A stretch of DNA of 64,000 bases from an uncultured delta proteobacterium (GCA_963785725.1 CAWAWS010000020.1:256001-320000); one strand, 5' to 3'; positions 51,986 through 62,732 are shown, numbered from the stretch's first letter. Program-made: numbers and translations. Notes: generated by a model not told the origin, from the letters alone.

Positions 51986-54296
51986 ATGGTTCGCGTGCAG
52001 ATGTCACCGACGGCTGATGCTGCGCCGCGTCGCATAGGGCTGCGCGTGCGCGGCCTCGTGCAGGGTGTGGGCTTTCGCCCGACCGTGCACCGCATCGCCA
52101 CGTCCATTGGGCTCGGCGGTAGCGTTTGCAACGACAGCGAAGGCGTTTGGATCGAGCTGCAGGGCGAGCCGGCGCAGATCGCGTCTTTCGTCGAGCGACT
52201 CCACGCCGAGCAGCCCGAGCGGGCGCGCATCGACGAGATCGATCGTCGCGAATTGGCTGCCGCCGCCGGCGGCGACCGCGAATTTCGCATCATGGCTTCG
52301 CGCGACGAAGGCGACGCCAGCGCGCTCTTGCCGGTCGACGCCGCTCCCTGCACCGCCTGCCTGGCCGAGCTGACCGATCCGTGCGACCGCCGCTATCGCT
52401 ATCCGTTCATCAACTGCACCGACTGCGGACCGCGCTACACGATTGTGCGGGATATCCCGTATGACCGCGCACGCACGACGATGACGTCATTCACCATGTG
52501 CGCGGAGTGCCGCCGCGAATACAAGGATCCACGCAGCCGCCGGTTTCATGCCGAGCCCAACGGCTGCGCGCGCTGCGGCCCGCGACTCGCGTTCTTCGAC
52601 GGCGCGAGCCGTGTCGAAGGGCAAACGGGATTGGCCGCGGCGGTGCAATGTCTACACGCGGGCGCGATCGTCGCCGTCAAAGGCGTCGGCGGGTTCGTGC
52701 TCGCGTGTCGACGCGCTGGGACGCGGCGGCGGTGGCTCGGTTGCGCGCGCGCAAGCGACGACCGCACAAGCCGCTGGCCCTGATGGCGCGCGATCTGGCG
52801 ACGATCGAGTCGATCGCGCACGTCTCGCCGCCCGCGCGCGCGGCGTTGACGGACGCGGCGCGGCCGATCGTGCTCTTGCCGCGACGGCTGCGACCGCGCA
52901 CTGCCCGCGCCGTTGGCTCCGGGCCTCAGCGAGCTGGGCGTGATGCTGCCGTCGACGCCGCTGCATCATTTGTTGCTCGCGCGACGGGCCGTCGCTACAG
53001 GTGATGACGAGCGGTAATCGTGGCGACGAGCCGATCGCCCGCGACGACGAGGAGGCGCTGCGCGGCGCTCGACGGCATCGCCGATGCGTACCTGATCGCA
53101 CGATCGCGAGATTCACACGCGCGCCGACGACTCGGTGCTGCGCATCGTGGCTGGCGCGACCCAGCCGCTGCGCTCCGCGCGCGGAATCGTGCCCGATGCC
53201 GTCGACGCTGCCGTTCGCGGGGCCGCCGCTCGTCGCCGTGGGCGCGCACACAAAGTCGACCGTCTGCTTCGTGCGCGGCGACCAGGCGTTCGTGTCGCAG
53301 CACCTCGGCGACCTGTCGCAGCGGGCAACGGCGAGCTTTTTCGAAGAGACGATCGCCAAACTCGGTCGCCTGTTGCGCCTCGAGCCGGCAGATCGGTCGC
53401 GCACGATCTCCATCCCGACTATCGCTCGACGCGTTGGGCGCTCGAATGCGGTTTGCCGCGTTTGGCCGTTCAGCATCATCACGCGCACATCGCCGCCTGC
53501 CTGGCCGAGCACGGCCGCACGGGGCCGGCCATCGGGGTGGCTTTCGACGGAACCGGCTGCGGCAGCGACGGCTCGGCCTGGGGCGGCGAGTGGTTGGTGG
53601 CCGACCTTCGCGACTTCCGCCGCGTCGGCCACTTGCGTCCGATCGGCTTACCCGGCGGCGAGGCGGCAATTCGCGAGCCTTGGCGTCTGGCGCTGTCGAC
53701 GCTGCGCGATGCCGGTGTCGAGCCCATTTTGCGCGCGGCGCTCGATCGACGAGCGCCGTCGCAGCGCCGTGCTCCGCTTGTGCTCCGCCCCGTGGTCGAC
53801 GCCGACAGCGACGAGCGCGGGCCGTTGGTTCGACGCGATCGCCGCGCTGGCAGGTGTACGTTACGAGGTCACTACGAAGGTCAGGCCGCCATCGAGCTCG
53901 AGGCCGCTAGCCGGCATGGCCGACGTATCGCGCCTATCCATCGGCTGGATCGCGCCGGCCTCGCCATTCGTGGTCGACTCTGAGGCCGACCGTGCGCGCC
54001 GTGGCCGCCGAAGTCGCCGCAGGACGCCGGCGCAGACGTGGTTTCGGCACGTTTTCACGAGACGATGGCGCGCGCCATCCTCGTCGGCTGTCGTCTCGCC
54101 CGCGCCGGCAGCGGGCTCGAGACCGTGGCGCTCTCCGGCGGTTGCTTTGCCAATCGCCTGCTGACCGAGCGCGCCCTCACACTCTTGGGCGCCGACGGCT
54201 TCGAGGTGCTGATCCATCGACGGGTGCCCACCAGGCGACGGCGGCATCTCGCTCGGCCAGGCCGCCGTCGCCGCTCGTCGACATGGGAGGGTCTGA
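51986..54296 (+). CDS. hypF: Carbamoyltransferase HypF, heavily frameshifted in this sequence
   Basis: [78 protein letters not shown] across many frames. Confidence 0.9.
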
Positions 54297-54574
54297 TGTG
54301 CCTCGGCATCCCCGGTGAAGTCATAGAAGTGCACGAAGATCGTGGCCTCAAGTTCGCGCAGGTGCGCTTCGGCGGGGTCACGCGCGAGGTCTGCCTCGAA
54401 TATCAGCTCGACGCCGCGGTCGGCGACTTCGTACTCGTCCATGTCGGCTTCGCCATCGCCCGCATCGATCGACAGGAGGCCGAGCTCGCCTGGCAGGCCC
54501 TCGAGCAAATGGGCGGTCTCGAAGACGTCGCGCCGCCCGCGGACGCTTTTACGCGCGTGGAGGGTGAGCCATGA
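54296..54574 (+). CDS. hypC: Hydrogenase chaperone HypC
   Basis: [20 protein letters not shown]. Confidence 0.95.
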   Translation: MCLGIPGEVIEVHEDRGLKFAQVRFGGVTREVCLEYQLDAAVGDFVLVHVGFAIARIDRQEAELAWQALEQMGGLEDVAPPADAFTRVEGEP

Positions 54575-55675
54575 AGTATCTCGACGAGTATCGCGACCGC
54601 GATGTGGCCCAGGCGCTCGTCGGCCGCATCGCCGCGACGGTGACCAAGCCTTGGGTGCTCATGGAGATGTGCGGTGGACAGACGCACTCGATCGTGCGCT
54701 ACGGCCTCGATCGACTGCTGCCGCCGATGCTCGAGCTGGTGCACGGACCCGGCTGTCCCGTGTGCGTCACGTCGCTGGAGATGATCGATCGCGCCCACGC
54801 AATCGCCGCCATGCCCGGCGTCATCTTCACGTCATTCGGCGACATGCTGCGCGTGCCTGGCTCCAACGCCGACCTCTTGCGCTTGCGCAGTCGCGGCGCC
54901 GACGTGCGCGTCGTCTACTCGCCGCTCGACGCGCTTGGCGCTGGCGCGCGCCAATCCCGACAAGCGCGTCGTGTTCTTCGCCATCGGCTTCGAGACGACG
55001 GCGCCGGCCAATGCGATGGCAGCGGTACAAGCGCGCAAGCAGAACCTGACCAACTTCTCGCTCCTGGTCTCGCACGTGCTGGTGCCGCCGGCGATCGAGA
55101 CGATCCTGCAGGCGCCGGACAATCGCGTTCAGGGCTTCCTCGGCCCAGGCCACGTCTGCGCTGTCATGGGCTTCGCCGAATACGAGGTGCTGGCGCGACA
55201 ATATCGCGTTCCGATCGTCGTCGCCGGCTTCGAGCCCGTCGATTTATTGCTGGGCATCTTGATGGCCGTGCAGCAGCTGGAAGCGGGGCACGCGACGGTC
55301 GAAAACCAATACGCTCGCACGGTCAGTCGCGACGGCAACCGTGCCGCCCGCAACCGAGTGGACGAGGTCTTCGAGGTCGCCGACCGCAAATGGCGCGGCG
55401 TCGGCGCGATCCCGCAGTCGGGCTACCGGCTGCGTCCGGAGTTTCACGCATGGGATGCGGAGCGCATCTTCGACGTCGGCACAATCGAGACGCGAGAACC
55501 GGCCCGTTGCATCAGCGGGCTCATCTTGCGCGGCGTCAAGAAGCCGTGCGACTGCTCGGCGTTTGGCAAGGACTGCACGCCGCAGAGTCCGCTCGGCGCG
55601 ACGATGGTCTCGGCCGAGGGCGCTTGCGCCGCCTATTTCCAATACGGCCGGCGCGCCGCCCGGGAAGTCGCATGA
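54571..55675 (+). CDS. hypD: Hydrogenase maturation protein HypD, 1-nt insertion near 54935
   Basis: [33 protein letters not shown]. Confidence 0.93.
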
Positions 55676-55741
55676 GCCAGTCGAGCGGCAGCCTCGCGAC
55701 GCAACCGCCCGCTTCGTTCCAACTCGAGTCGGGAGCAAACG

Positions 55742-56800
55742 ATGTCCGCTGACGCAGTGATTCCTTTTCCGGCTTGTCCCATGCCGCTCGTCGACAGCGA
55801 CGAGGTGCTGATCGGCCACGGCTCGGGTGGAAGGCTGACCGCGCAGCTCATCGAGCAGCTCATCGTGCCCGCGTTTTCCAATCCGCTGCTCGATCGTCTG
55901 GATGACGCCGCGATCGTCGACACCGACAGCGAGCGCATCGCCTTTACGACAGATTCGTACGTTGTCACGCCTATCTTCTTTCGCGGTGGCGACATCGGCG
56001 AGCTCGCTGTCAACGGCACGATCAACGACTTGGCGGTCTCGGGGGCGCGCCCACTGGCGTTGTCGCTGGCTTTTATCCTCGAGGAGGGGCTGCCATTGGC
56101 CGATCTGCGGCGGGTCATCGAGTCGGCGCGCTCGGCCGCGGCGCGCGCGGGGGTTCCCGTCGTCACCGGCGACACTAAAGTGGTTGGTCGCGGCTGCGCC
56201 GACAAGTTGTTCATCAACACGTCGGGCATAGGCGCAGTTACGCGCGGTCGACAGCTGGGCGCACGCGAGGTGCGTGCCGGCGACGCTATCGTCGTTTCCG
56301 GCACGATGGGCGACCACGGCGTGGCCATCCTATCGCAGCGACTGGGGCTCGATCTCGAAGGAGACCTGCGCAGCGATACGGCGCCACTCCACGAGCTTGC
56401 CGCGTTGGCATTGTCGGCGGCGCCCGGGCTGCACGCCATGCGCGATCCCACCCGCGGTGGTCTGGCAGCGACGCTGGTCGAGATTGCGTCCCGGCAGCGG
56501 CTGGGTGTCGCCATCGACGAGCTCGCGATTCCCATCTCCGATGCCGTGCGCGGAGCTTGCGAGATTCTAGGGCTCGATCCGCTGCTCGTCGCCAACGAAG
56601 GCAAGCTGGTGGCGTTCGTGCCCGCAGCCGAGGCCGACGCGCTCGTGGCCGCGCTGCGCCGCCACCCACTCGGTCGGAAGGCCGCCCGCATCGGTCGCGT
56701 CACCGATCAGAGCCGCGGACTAGTTACCGTCGGGACTGCCATCGGTGGCGAGCGCATCCTCGAGCTGCCCTTCGCCGAGATGCTGCCCCGAATCTGCTGA
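55742..56800 (+). CDS. hypE: Hydrogenase maturation protein HypE
   Basis: [27 protein letters not shown]-terminal LPRIC. Confidence 0.95.
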   Translation: MSADAVIPFPACPMPLVDSDEVLIGHGSGGRLTAQLIEQLIVPAFSNPLLDRLDDAAIVDTDSERIAFTTDSYVVTPIFFRGGDIGELAVNGTINDLAVSGARPLALSLAFILEEGLPLADLRRVIESARSAAARAGVPVVTGDTKVVGRGCADKLFINTSGIGAVTRGRQLGAREVRAGDAIVVSGTMGDHGVAILSQRLGLDLEGDLRSDTAPLHELAALALSAAPGLHAMRDPTRGGLAATLVEIASRQRLGVAIDELAIPISDAVRGACEILGLDPLLVANEGKLVAFVPAAEADALVAALRRHPLGRKAARIGRVTDQSRGLVTVGTAIGGERILELPFAEMLPRIC

Positions 56801-56882
56801 ACGAGCGGCTTGCCATTGTGCGGTCAGCGTCGTTCGCATGCAGCGGGCGCGACGCATCGTCGAAAACAACTTGAGGTCGACG

Positions 56883-57278
56883 ATGCTGTTTCGTGATCGA
56901 GCGATGCTGGAAGCGATTGGCAGAGCGCGTGCTCTAACGGGAATCGAGCGTTGGTCCCAAGCCCAGCTGCCGCGTGATGGCGTCCCGGTTGGATTCGAGG
57001 TCGCGCGGGCGTTGCAGGTGCCGCTTGACGTATTCGCCGTCCGCAACCTGGGCGTCCCGGGTCAGGAAGAGTTGGCCATGGGGGCGATCGCCAGCGGACA
57101 GATTGTCGTGCTCAATTAGGAGCTCATTTCCTCGCTGGAAATTTCCGATGAGATGGTGCGTCGCACCATCGAGCACGAGCAGAGGGAGCTCGTGCGCCGC
57201 GAAGTGGCGTATCGCTTGAGCCCGCCACCGCCGCTCGCGGACCGCGGCGTCATTCTCGTTGACGATGGTTTGGCCACG
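56883..57278 (+). pseudogene. Phosphoribosyltransferase remnant
   Basis: [31 protein letters not shown], in-frame TAG at 57117, ends abruptly at VILVDDGLAT. Confidence 0.85.
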
Positions 57279-57423
57279 CCCAGAGCGCGTCCAGTAGTTC
57301 TTCTGTTGGGGGTGCAATATCGAATGGGTGCTCCGCCGACAGCCCCCCGACGTTCTTTGTGCCCGGCCGAAAGAATTCTCGACGGTGATACTCGTAATCG
57401 GAAAGATCAGGATAGTAGGCCAT
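57279..57423 (-). pseudogene. 5' fragment of a hypothetical gene
   Basis: AAGGA RBS, MAYYPDLSDYEY...KNVGGL...LLDAL; collides with the PRT remnant. Confidence 0.5.
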
Positions 57424-57528
57424 GACCGGTTTCCTTTGCGATGAAGTCCGTCCGCGTCGCTGTATCGTCGACGGTCGCCTCCTGAGTCTAGAAGCAGCGA
57501 CCGACACGACGCCATTCGGCCTCGTGAA

Positions 57529-57939
57529 CTAGCGTTGCAGAGGCTCGAAGAAGCGCCGTCCATCGACAATCGCCCGCTGCTCAATCTCGTTGCGAGTCCA
57601 AAGTTGGTCGCCGAAATCGTCCGAAGCGAGGCCGCAAAAGCGTGAGAGCAGCGTAAGGGCAAACGTTGTGGTCTCGACGGCGCCATTGTGACGGCCAGAC
57701 ACGTCCGCTGCGACACTTACTTGGATTTCACCGCTCAGTGCCGCTCGGATCGCACGAACTTCGTCTGCTTCATGCTCCGTATCGATGTCCTTGTAGAAGT
57801 CGATGTAAAGGACAGGATCGCGGCTTTCCGACACCAGGAGCCACGGCGCGTCGCCCGTCTGCGCCACGAAGTGTGCGTCCAGCACGCGAGCGACCTCTTC
57901 TTGGGTACAGCCGGTCAAATAGCAGATCACGGTCCTCAT
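57529..57939 (-). CDS. Hypothetical acidic protein (136 aa)
   Basis: Intact lower-GC ORF; LYIDFY, ADVSGRH, DDF..LWT. Confidence 0.65.
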   Translation of the reverse strand: MRTVICYLTGCTQEEVARVLDAHFVAQTGDAPWLLVSESRDPVLYIDFYKDIDTEHEADEVRAIRAALSGEIQVSVAADVSGRHNGAVETTTFALTLLSRFCGLASDDFGDQLWTRNEIEQRAIVDGRRFFEPLQR

Positions 57940-57943
57940 GTGC

Positions 57944-58510
57944 GTATCGTCCGGGGAAGATATGCCTTGACGCAATATCGGAATCAGGACGGGAGCACTG
58001 GGCCGCGCGATCGGCCCGGTTACGACGTATCCGTCCAGCGGAGCGGCGGCGTCCAGTTGTGTGGCAGCAGCTCGTCGATGCGCGAGGCGGGATGCACGTC
58101 GACGCGCATTAGTACGTCCTCGAGGTACGCGAAGGGATCGACCTCGCGCGCTTCACAGCTTGCTACCAGCGAGGCGAGGGTGGCGTAATGGTCGCCGGCC
58201 CCGGCGTCATCGACGAAGAGCCAATTTTTCCGATTCAGAGCGACGGTCCTCAGCGCCGATTCGGAGGCGTTGTTGTCGACCGGCACGTTCACGTTGTCGA
58301 CGAAGCAGAGGGGCCGGTCCCATTGATTGAGCGCGTAGCTGATGGCGGAGCCGAGCGGGCCTTTGGGCAGGTGCTTGGGCTGCTCCTCGACGAGCCACTC
58401 GCGGAGTCGATCCATCGCAGCGCGGGAGCGCGTCTGCCGCATCGCGAGATGTTCGGGCGTCCGCACGATCTTGCGCGCCTTGGCCTCGTGCTCGACGCGG
58501 TAGTCCTCGA
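57944..58510 (-). mobile_element. IS66-family remnant (3' end of tnpC plus right end)
   Basis: PKGPLGSAISYALNQW, DNNASE, RKNWLF, RIDELLPHNW; minus-strand end ...CCCCGGACGATAC at 57944 resembles an IS66 IR. Confidence 0.88.
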
Positions 58511-58676
58511 GCCGGGGTTGGCGCCGGGCGCGCTCGTCGTCGCCGATGACACGCGTCGCTTCGCCGACGACTTGCGGCCGTTCCTCGAGCATGTGCGCGC
58601 GCCGGCGAGCGGCTATGTCGCGATCGATGTGCCGCTCGACGACGGCGTCGAGTTGGCCATTCGCACCGGCTGACGC

Positions 58677-59255
58677 TCATTCGCTGCCGCAGTCGCCGTG
58701 CTCGTATTGGTGCCACTCGTACATCGGGCCCAGCGTGAATTGCGCGCGACCGGGGCCGTACGCGTAGGCCGCGCCCGCTTCGACGCCGAGATAGTGCTTT
58801 TGCGCCGAGTAGCAGCCCCAAATCGGATCGCGTGGGTTCGGACGCAGGAGTCGCGAGCGCGACCAGAGCAGCCCGGAGAGCGCGACGTGAATGCCGGGCG
58901 TCGCGCCTACGCCGGTGGTCGGTCCGTTGGTCGCTCCGCCGAGGCCGAGGAAGCCGCCGGCGCGAAAATTCACGTGCTCCCAAACCGTCGTCACGTCGAC
59001 GCCGGCGTCGGCTTCGACAAAGCCGGTCGGCCGCGCGTCGAGCACGCCGCCGCGTAGGGCCAGCGTGGCCGCCACGATCACGTCACGTCGCGGCGATTCC
59101 GCGGCGTTGAATCCGGCGCTGGCGGCGAACGTCATGAGCACGCCCGTGCGTCCGTGCTCGTCGCTAAGCGCGAGAATGCCGGCGCGAATCGGGTGCGCGC
59201 AGCCGATCGCCGACGAGAGCGCGAGCAGCAGCGGCAGCGTGAGCACGACGCGCAT
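58677..59255 (-). CDS. Hypothetical lipoprotein, beta-strand-rich (outer-membrane-like)
   Basis: Signal with AIGC; alternating Gly/hydrophobic strands. Confidence 0.6.
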   Translation of the reverse strand: MRVVLTLPLLLALSSAIGCAHPIRAGILALSDEHGRTGVLMTFAASAGFNAAESPRRDVIVAATLALRGGVLDARPTGFVEADAGVDVTTVWEHVNFRAGGFLGLGGATNGPTTGVGATPGIHVALSGLLWSRSRLLRPNPRDPIWGCYSAQKHYLGVEAGAAYAYGPGRAQFTLGPMYEWHQYEHGDCGSE

Positions 59256-59485
59256 TCCCGCTTGTAGCGCGCGCGCGAGTCGCCGTCGATGACGTAGGTC
59301 AACCGCGCCCGCCGACGCAGCCGAGCTGCAGCAGCCACATCGTCGACCAATCGATCGCTGTGCGGTCGGTGCCGTTCGGTTGTCGTGTGGTGTCGCGTGG
59401 CGCGCGGGACATGCGCGGAACGTGTCGCGTCCGCCGCGCAATCAATCGCCATCCCGCGCCGGAAAGATCGGGCTAAGATTGCGGC

Positions 59486-60052
59486 ATGAACCCGAGCGAC
59501 GGGCTCGCGCAGCCGTGGGCGCCGCGCTGGCTGCGGCGGGTTTCGGTCGCGCTCGCGGTCGCGTTCTTGTCGCTGCTGTGGCTGGATGCGGTCGGCGCCG
59601 GCACGTCGCGCGCGCTGCCATTGTCGCTGCGGCCGTTCGTGCAAGTGGCGCAGCTCTTTCCGAACGCCGCCGAGAACGTCATCGAATGGCGCATCCTCGG
59701 CTTTCGCTGCGCGACGGGAAAGTTCGAGGAGCTCGACGTGCGGGCGTTCTTTCCCATTCACGCCGACGACAAGGAGAGCCGCTTCGAGCGCGCGCTGTTC
59801 TTCTATATGAAGACGCCGCAAGTGCTGACCGCGCTCGACGACTACGTCACGCGTCGCCAAGACGAGCTCGGAGCCGGCCAGCGCATCGGCGGCGTCATGA
59901 TCCTGAGCTTGCGCATTCCGATACCGGCGCTCGGCAGCGTCAGCGAGCGTTATCAGCGACAGCCGCTGGAGCGCTATCCGCACGACTGGCGCCACTATTG
60001 GTACACGACCGCCAGCGACGATCGGACGCGGCGCTGCGCGGAGACGCCATGA
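59486..60052 (+). CDS. Single-TM partner protein of the HTTM gene
   Basis: N-terminal TM, PFVQVAQLFP motif, ATGA overlap with the HTTM gene. Confidence 0.7.
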   Translation: MNPSDGLAQPWAPRWLRRVSVALAVAFLSLLWLDAVGAGTSRALPLSLRPFVQVAQLFPNAAENVIEWRILGFRCATGKFEELDVRAFFPIHADDKESRFERALFFYMKTPQVLTALDDYVTRRQDELGAGQRIGGVMILSLRIPIPALGSVSERYQRQPLERYPHDWRHYWYTTASDDRTRRCAETP

Positions 60053-60981
60053 CCAAGCGTGGGCCGCGCCAAAAGCCAAAGACGACGAAAACGAAGCCGA
60101 AGACGCTGAGCGCGCGCGTGCGCAGCTTTTTGTTCGCGCCGCAGCCGATCGCGCGGCTCGAGCTGGTGCGCATTCTGGTGCCGCTGGCGCTGCTCGGCTT
60201 CTTCTCGTCGCGCCTCACGCATGTCGACGACTGGCTCGGCCCGGTCGGCTTTCACGTGCCCGACTTGCATGGCGGCGACTGGCGGCAGCCGCTCTACCTC
60301 GGGCCGCTGCCGATCTGGGCCGCGCGGCTCGTCGGCGGCGCGCTGGTGGCATCGGGCCTCGCGGTCGCGGCCGGCTTTCGCACGCGCATCGCGAGCGCTG
60401 TTTTCGCGGCGCTGCTCGTCTACGTCATGCTCGCCGATCGCCTGGAGACGTTCACGGTGTCGAAGCTCGGCCCGTCGCTGGTGCTGGCGCTCTTCCTGAC
60501 GCCGTCGGGCACGCGTTTCGGCGTCGACGCCTGGCTGAACCATCGGAGCGATCCGAATGCGTCGCAGCCGTCGCTGGTGTCGGGCGGTTCGGTGCGCTTC
60601 TTCCAGCTCTTTCTCGTGGTCATGTATTCGGGCTCGGGCATTGCCAAGCTGCGCGCCGATTGGCTCACCAAGCCGGTCCTGTGGAGCCACGTGCACGACA
60701 ACTATCAGACGCTCGTGAGCTACGCGCTGCAGCGTGTCTTGCCGGCGGGCGCGTGGTGGCTGCTGCAATACGTGACGCTCGTGTTCGAGGTCGGCGCGCC
60801 GCTCTGGTTCGCGCTCAAGCGGACGCGTACGCCGGCGCTGATCGCGGGACTGACGATGCATCTGATGATCGGGCTCATGTTCGGCCCGGTGGTTTGGTTC
60901 GCGCTGCTGATGGCCAGCCTGCTCGTCGCCTGCTACGCGCCGCTGCCGAAGCGACTCAGAGCGGGCCGTCAAAACCTGTGA
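60049..60981 (+). CDS. HTTM-domain membrane protein (vitamin K-dependent carboxylase/SdpB-like)
   Basis: LELVRI, AAGFRTR, FGVDAW, MYSGSGIAKLRADW, TLVFE, MHLMI. Confidence 0.82.
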   Translation: MTKRGPRQKPKTTKTKPKTLSARVRSFLFAPQPIARLELVRILVPLALLGFFSSRLTHVDDWLGPVGFHVPDLHGGDWRQPLYLGPLPIWAARLVGGALVASGLAVAAGFRTRIASAVFAALLVYVMLADRLETFTVSKLGPSLVLALFLTPSGTRFGVDAWLNHRSDPNASQPSLVSGGSVRFFQLFLVVMYSGSGIAKLRADWLTKPVLWSHVHDNYQTLVSYALQRVLPAGAWWLLQYVTLVFEVGAPLWFALKRTRTPALIAGLTMHLMIGLMFGPVVWFALLMASLLVACYAPLPKRLRAGRQNL

Positions 60982-61117
60982 CCGAGCTGGGGCGAGCGAG
61001 GAGACCGGGCTGCGAGGCGCGCCGAGGGCGAATACCGTTGGTATTAACCGAGAAGCAACGAAGCAGACCGGACCCGTAGCCGGCCCCGGCGACCGAACAG
61101 GTTTTGACGGCTCGCTC
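60959..61117. mobile_element. MITE-like element (159 bp) with 21-bp terminal inverted repeats
   Basis: Left gagcgggccgtcaaaacctgt; right acaggttttgacggctcgctc (20/21 complementary); flanks TCA/TAA; central aatacc-gtt-ggtatt palindrome. Confidence 0.75.
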
Positions 61118-61489
61118 TAAGGTCAACCTATGCCGTTCACGCTGCCGCGAACTCTGCTACCGCGAGCACGCCCGCCAGGCGGGACGTAACCGTCCGACCA
61201 GAGCTGAGGATTCGTCACATCTTTTCGGCCTATTCCGATCACTTAGCTCACGTTGCGAATCCTCGACGAGAACTCGGTTCGAACGCGCTGATCGTCGCTC
61301 GCAACCTCTCGACGGGGAGACGTCGCGGCACGGCTTCGAGGTATCGGCAAATTTTCGTTTACCAGGCCGTTTGTCTGACAATCGCGATCGAAAACCGCGG
61401 TTGTTTCGATCGCTTGCGGACTTGTGATCAATGATGAGCCGACCAGAGACGCGACGGAATAGTCTCTCAGAGATTTTGTTAGATCAGAG

Positions 61490-61768
61490 TTGATGCGCCC
61501 TATCGTGGCTTACGTTCTATTCGCGATCTTCGCTCTTGTCGCTGCTGGAGCGCTCGCTGGCAATTGCGTTGTGATGATTCGTTGGTACGTGTATCGGAAA
61601 CACGGTTCGATGATCCCAGCGGTCGGAGGCACGCTTATCACGGCTGGCGTGCTTCTGTATCCGGCGACGCGAGTGAGGCAGTACGCGTGGATACCCTTTG
61701 TGATCGACCCCGGCTGTCTATACCTCCTTGCAATGACACTGTTCGGCGCGCTAAAGCCGAAGCATTAG
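61490..61768 (+). CDS. Small 3-TM membrane protein
   Basis: 92-aa hydrophobic ORF, SMIPAVGG, PFVIDPG; lower GC. Confidence 0.65.
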   Translation: MMRPIVAYVLFAIFALVAAGALAGNCVVMIRWYVYRKHGSMIPAVGGTLITAGVLLYPATRVRQYAWIPFVIDPGCLYLLAMTLFGALKPKH

Positions 61769-61802
61769 CTGTTTCATCGTGGCCGGACGGCCGTCGACGC
61801 CG

Positions 61803-62730
61803 GTAAATGTCCGACTGAGACGTATTGACGAGCTACGAGGTGTCAGTCCAGCGGAGCGGCGGCGTCCAGTTGTGCGGCAGCAGTTCGTCGATGCGCGAGG
61901 CGGGGTGAGTGTCGACGCGCATCAGCACGTCCTTGAGATAGGCGACTGGATCAAGATCGCGCGCTTCGCAGGTGGCGACCAGCGAATAGCGAGTGGCGAG
62001 ATGATCGCCAGCCTCGACGTCACCGACAAAGAGGAAGTTCTTCCGACCAAGAGCCACCACTCGCAGCGCGGACTCGCTGGCGTTGTTGTCGACGGGCACG
62101 TTCGCGTTTTCGAGGAAACACAAGAGGCGGTCCCACTGGTTGAGCGCGTAGCTGATCGCCTGACCGAGCGGTCCCTTCGGTAGGTGTCTCGGCTGCTCCT
62201 CGACGAGCCACTGGTGCAGGCAGTCCATCGCTGCGCGCGAGCGTGTCCGCCGCATCGCAAGTGCTCCGGCGTGCGCACGATCTTGAGCGCCTTGGCCTCG
62301 TGCTCGACGCGATAGACGTCGAGGATTAGTTCCAGCGCTCGGCGCGCCTCGACGGGCGCCGTCGGCAGGGCGTCGAATATCTTTCGCCGCACGTGCGCCA
62401 GACATCCGGCACGATCGCGGCCGTCGACGTCGGTGACGCGGTTGTAACCAGTATAGCCGTCGATGACCAGCGTGCCCTTCGTCCCGCCGAGGATCTGCAG
62501 TGGCGTCTCGCCCGAGCGACTTCTCGGCGAAGCGATACGCGATCAGATCGCCGGCGAGGAAGGTCGCTTATTCGGCCGCTGCATCTTGAGCGACGTCTCG
62601 TCCGCCTGGACGGTCTCGCTCTGTGCAATGATCGCAAGCAGTCGCTTCCACAGTGGTTCCAGCTTCTCGGCGGCGGCATGAAACAGGTCAGTCAGCGTCG
62701 AGCGCGCCATCGGGATGCCGAGCCGCTTCG
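61803..62730 (-). mobile_element. IS66-family remnant (frameshifted, internally deleted tnpC plus right end)
   Basis: GIPMARSTL, VQADET, DGYTGY, AHVRRKIFDA, ALGRKNFLF, LLPHNW; end GTAAATGTCCGAC at 61803. Confidence 0.9.
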
Positions 62731-62732
62731 AC

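Noticed and set aside
61470..61800. Integron cassette (GTTAGAT before the small membrane gene)
   Set aside because: No RYYYAAC/attC hairpin after the stop, and the integrase remnant shows no IntI-like features.
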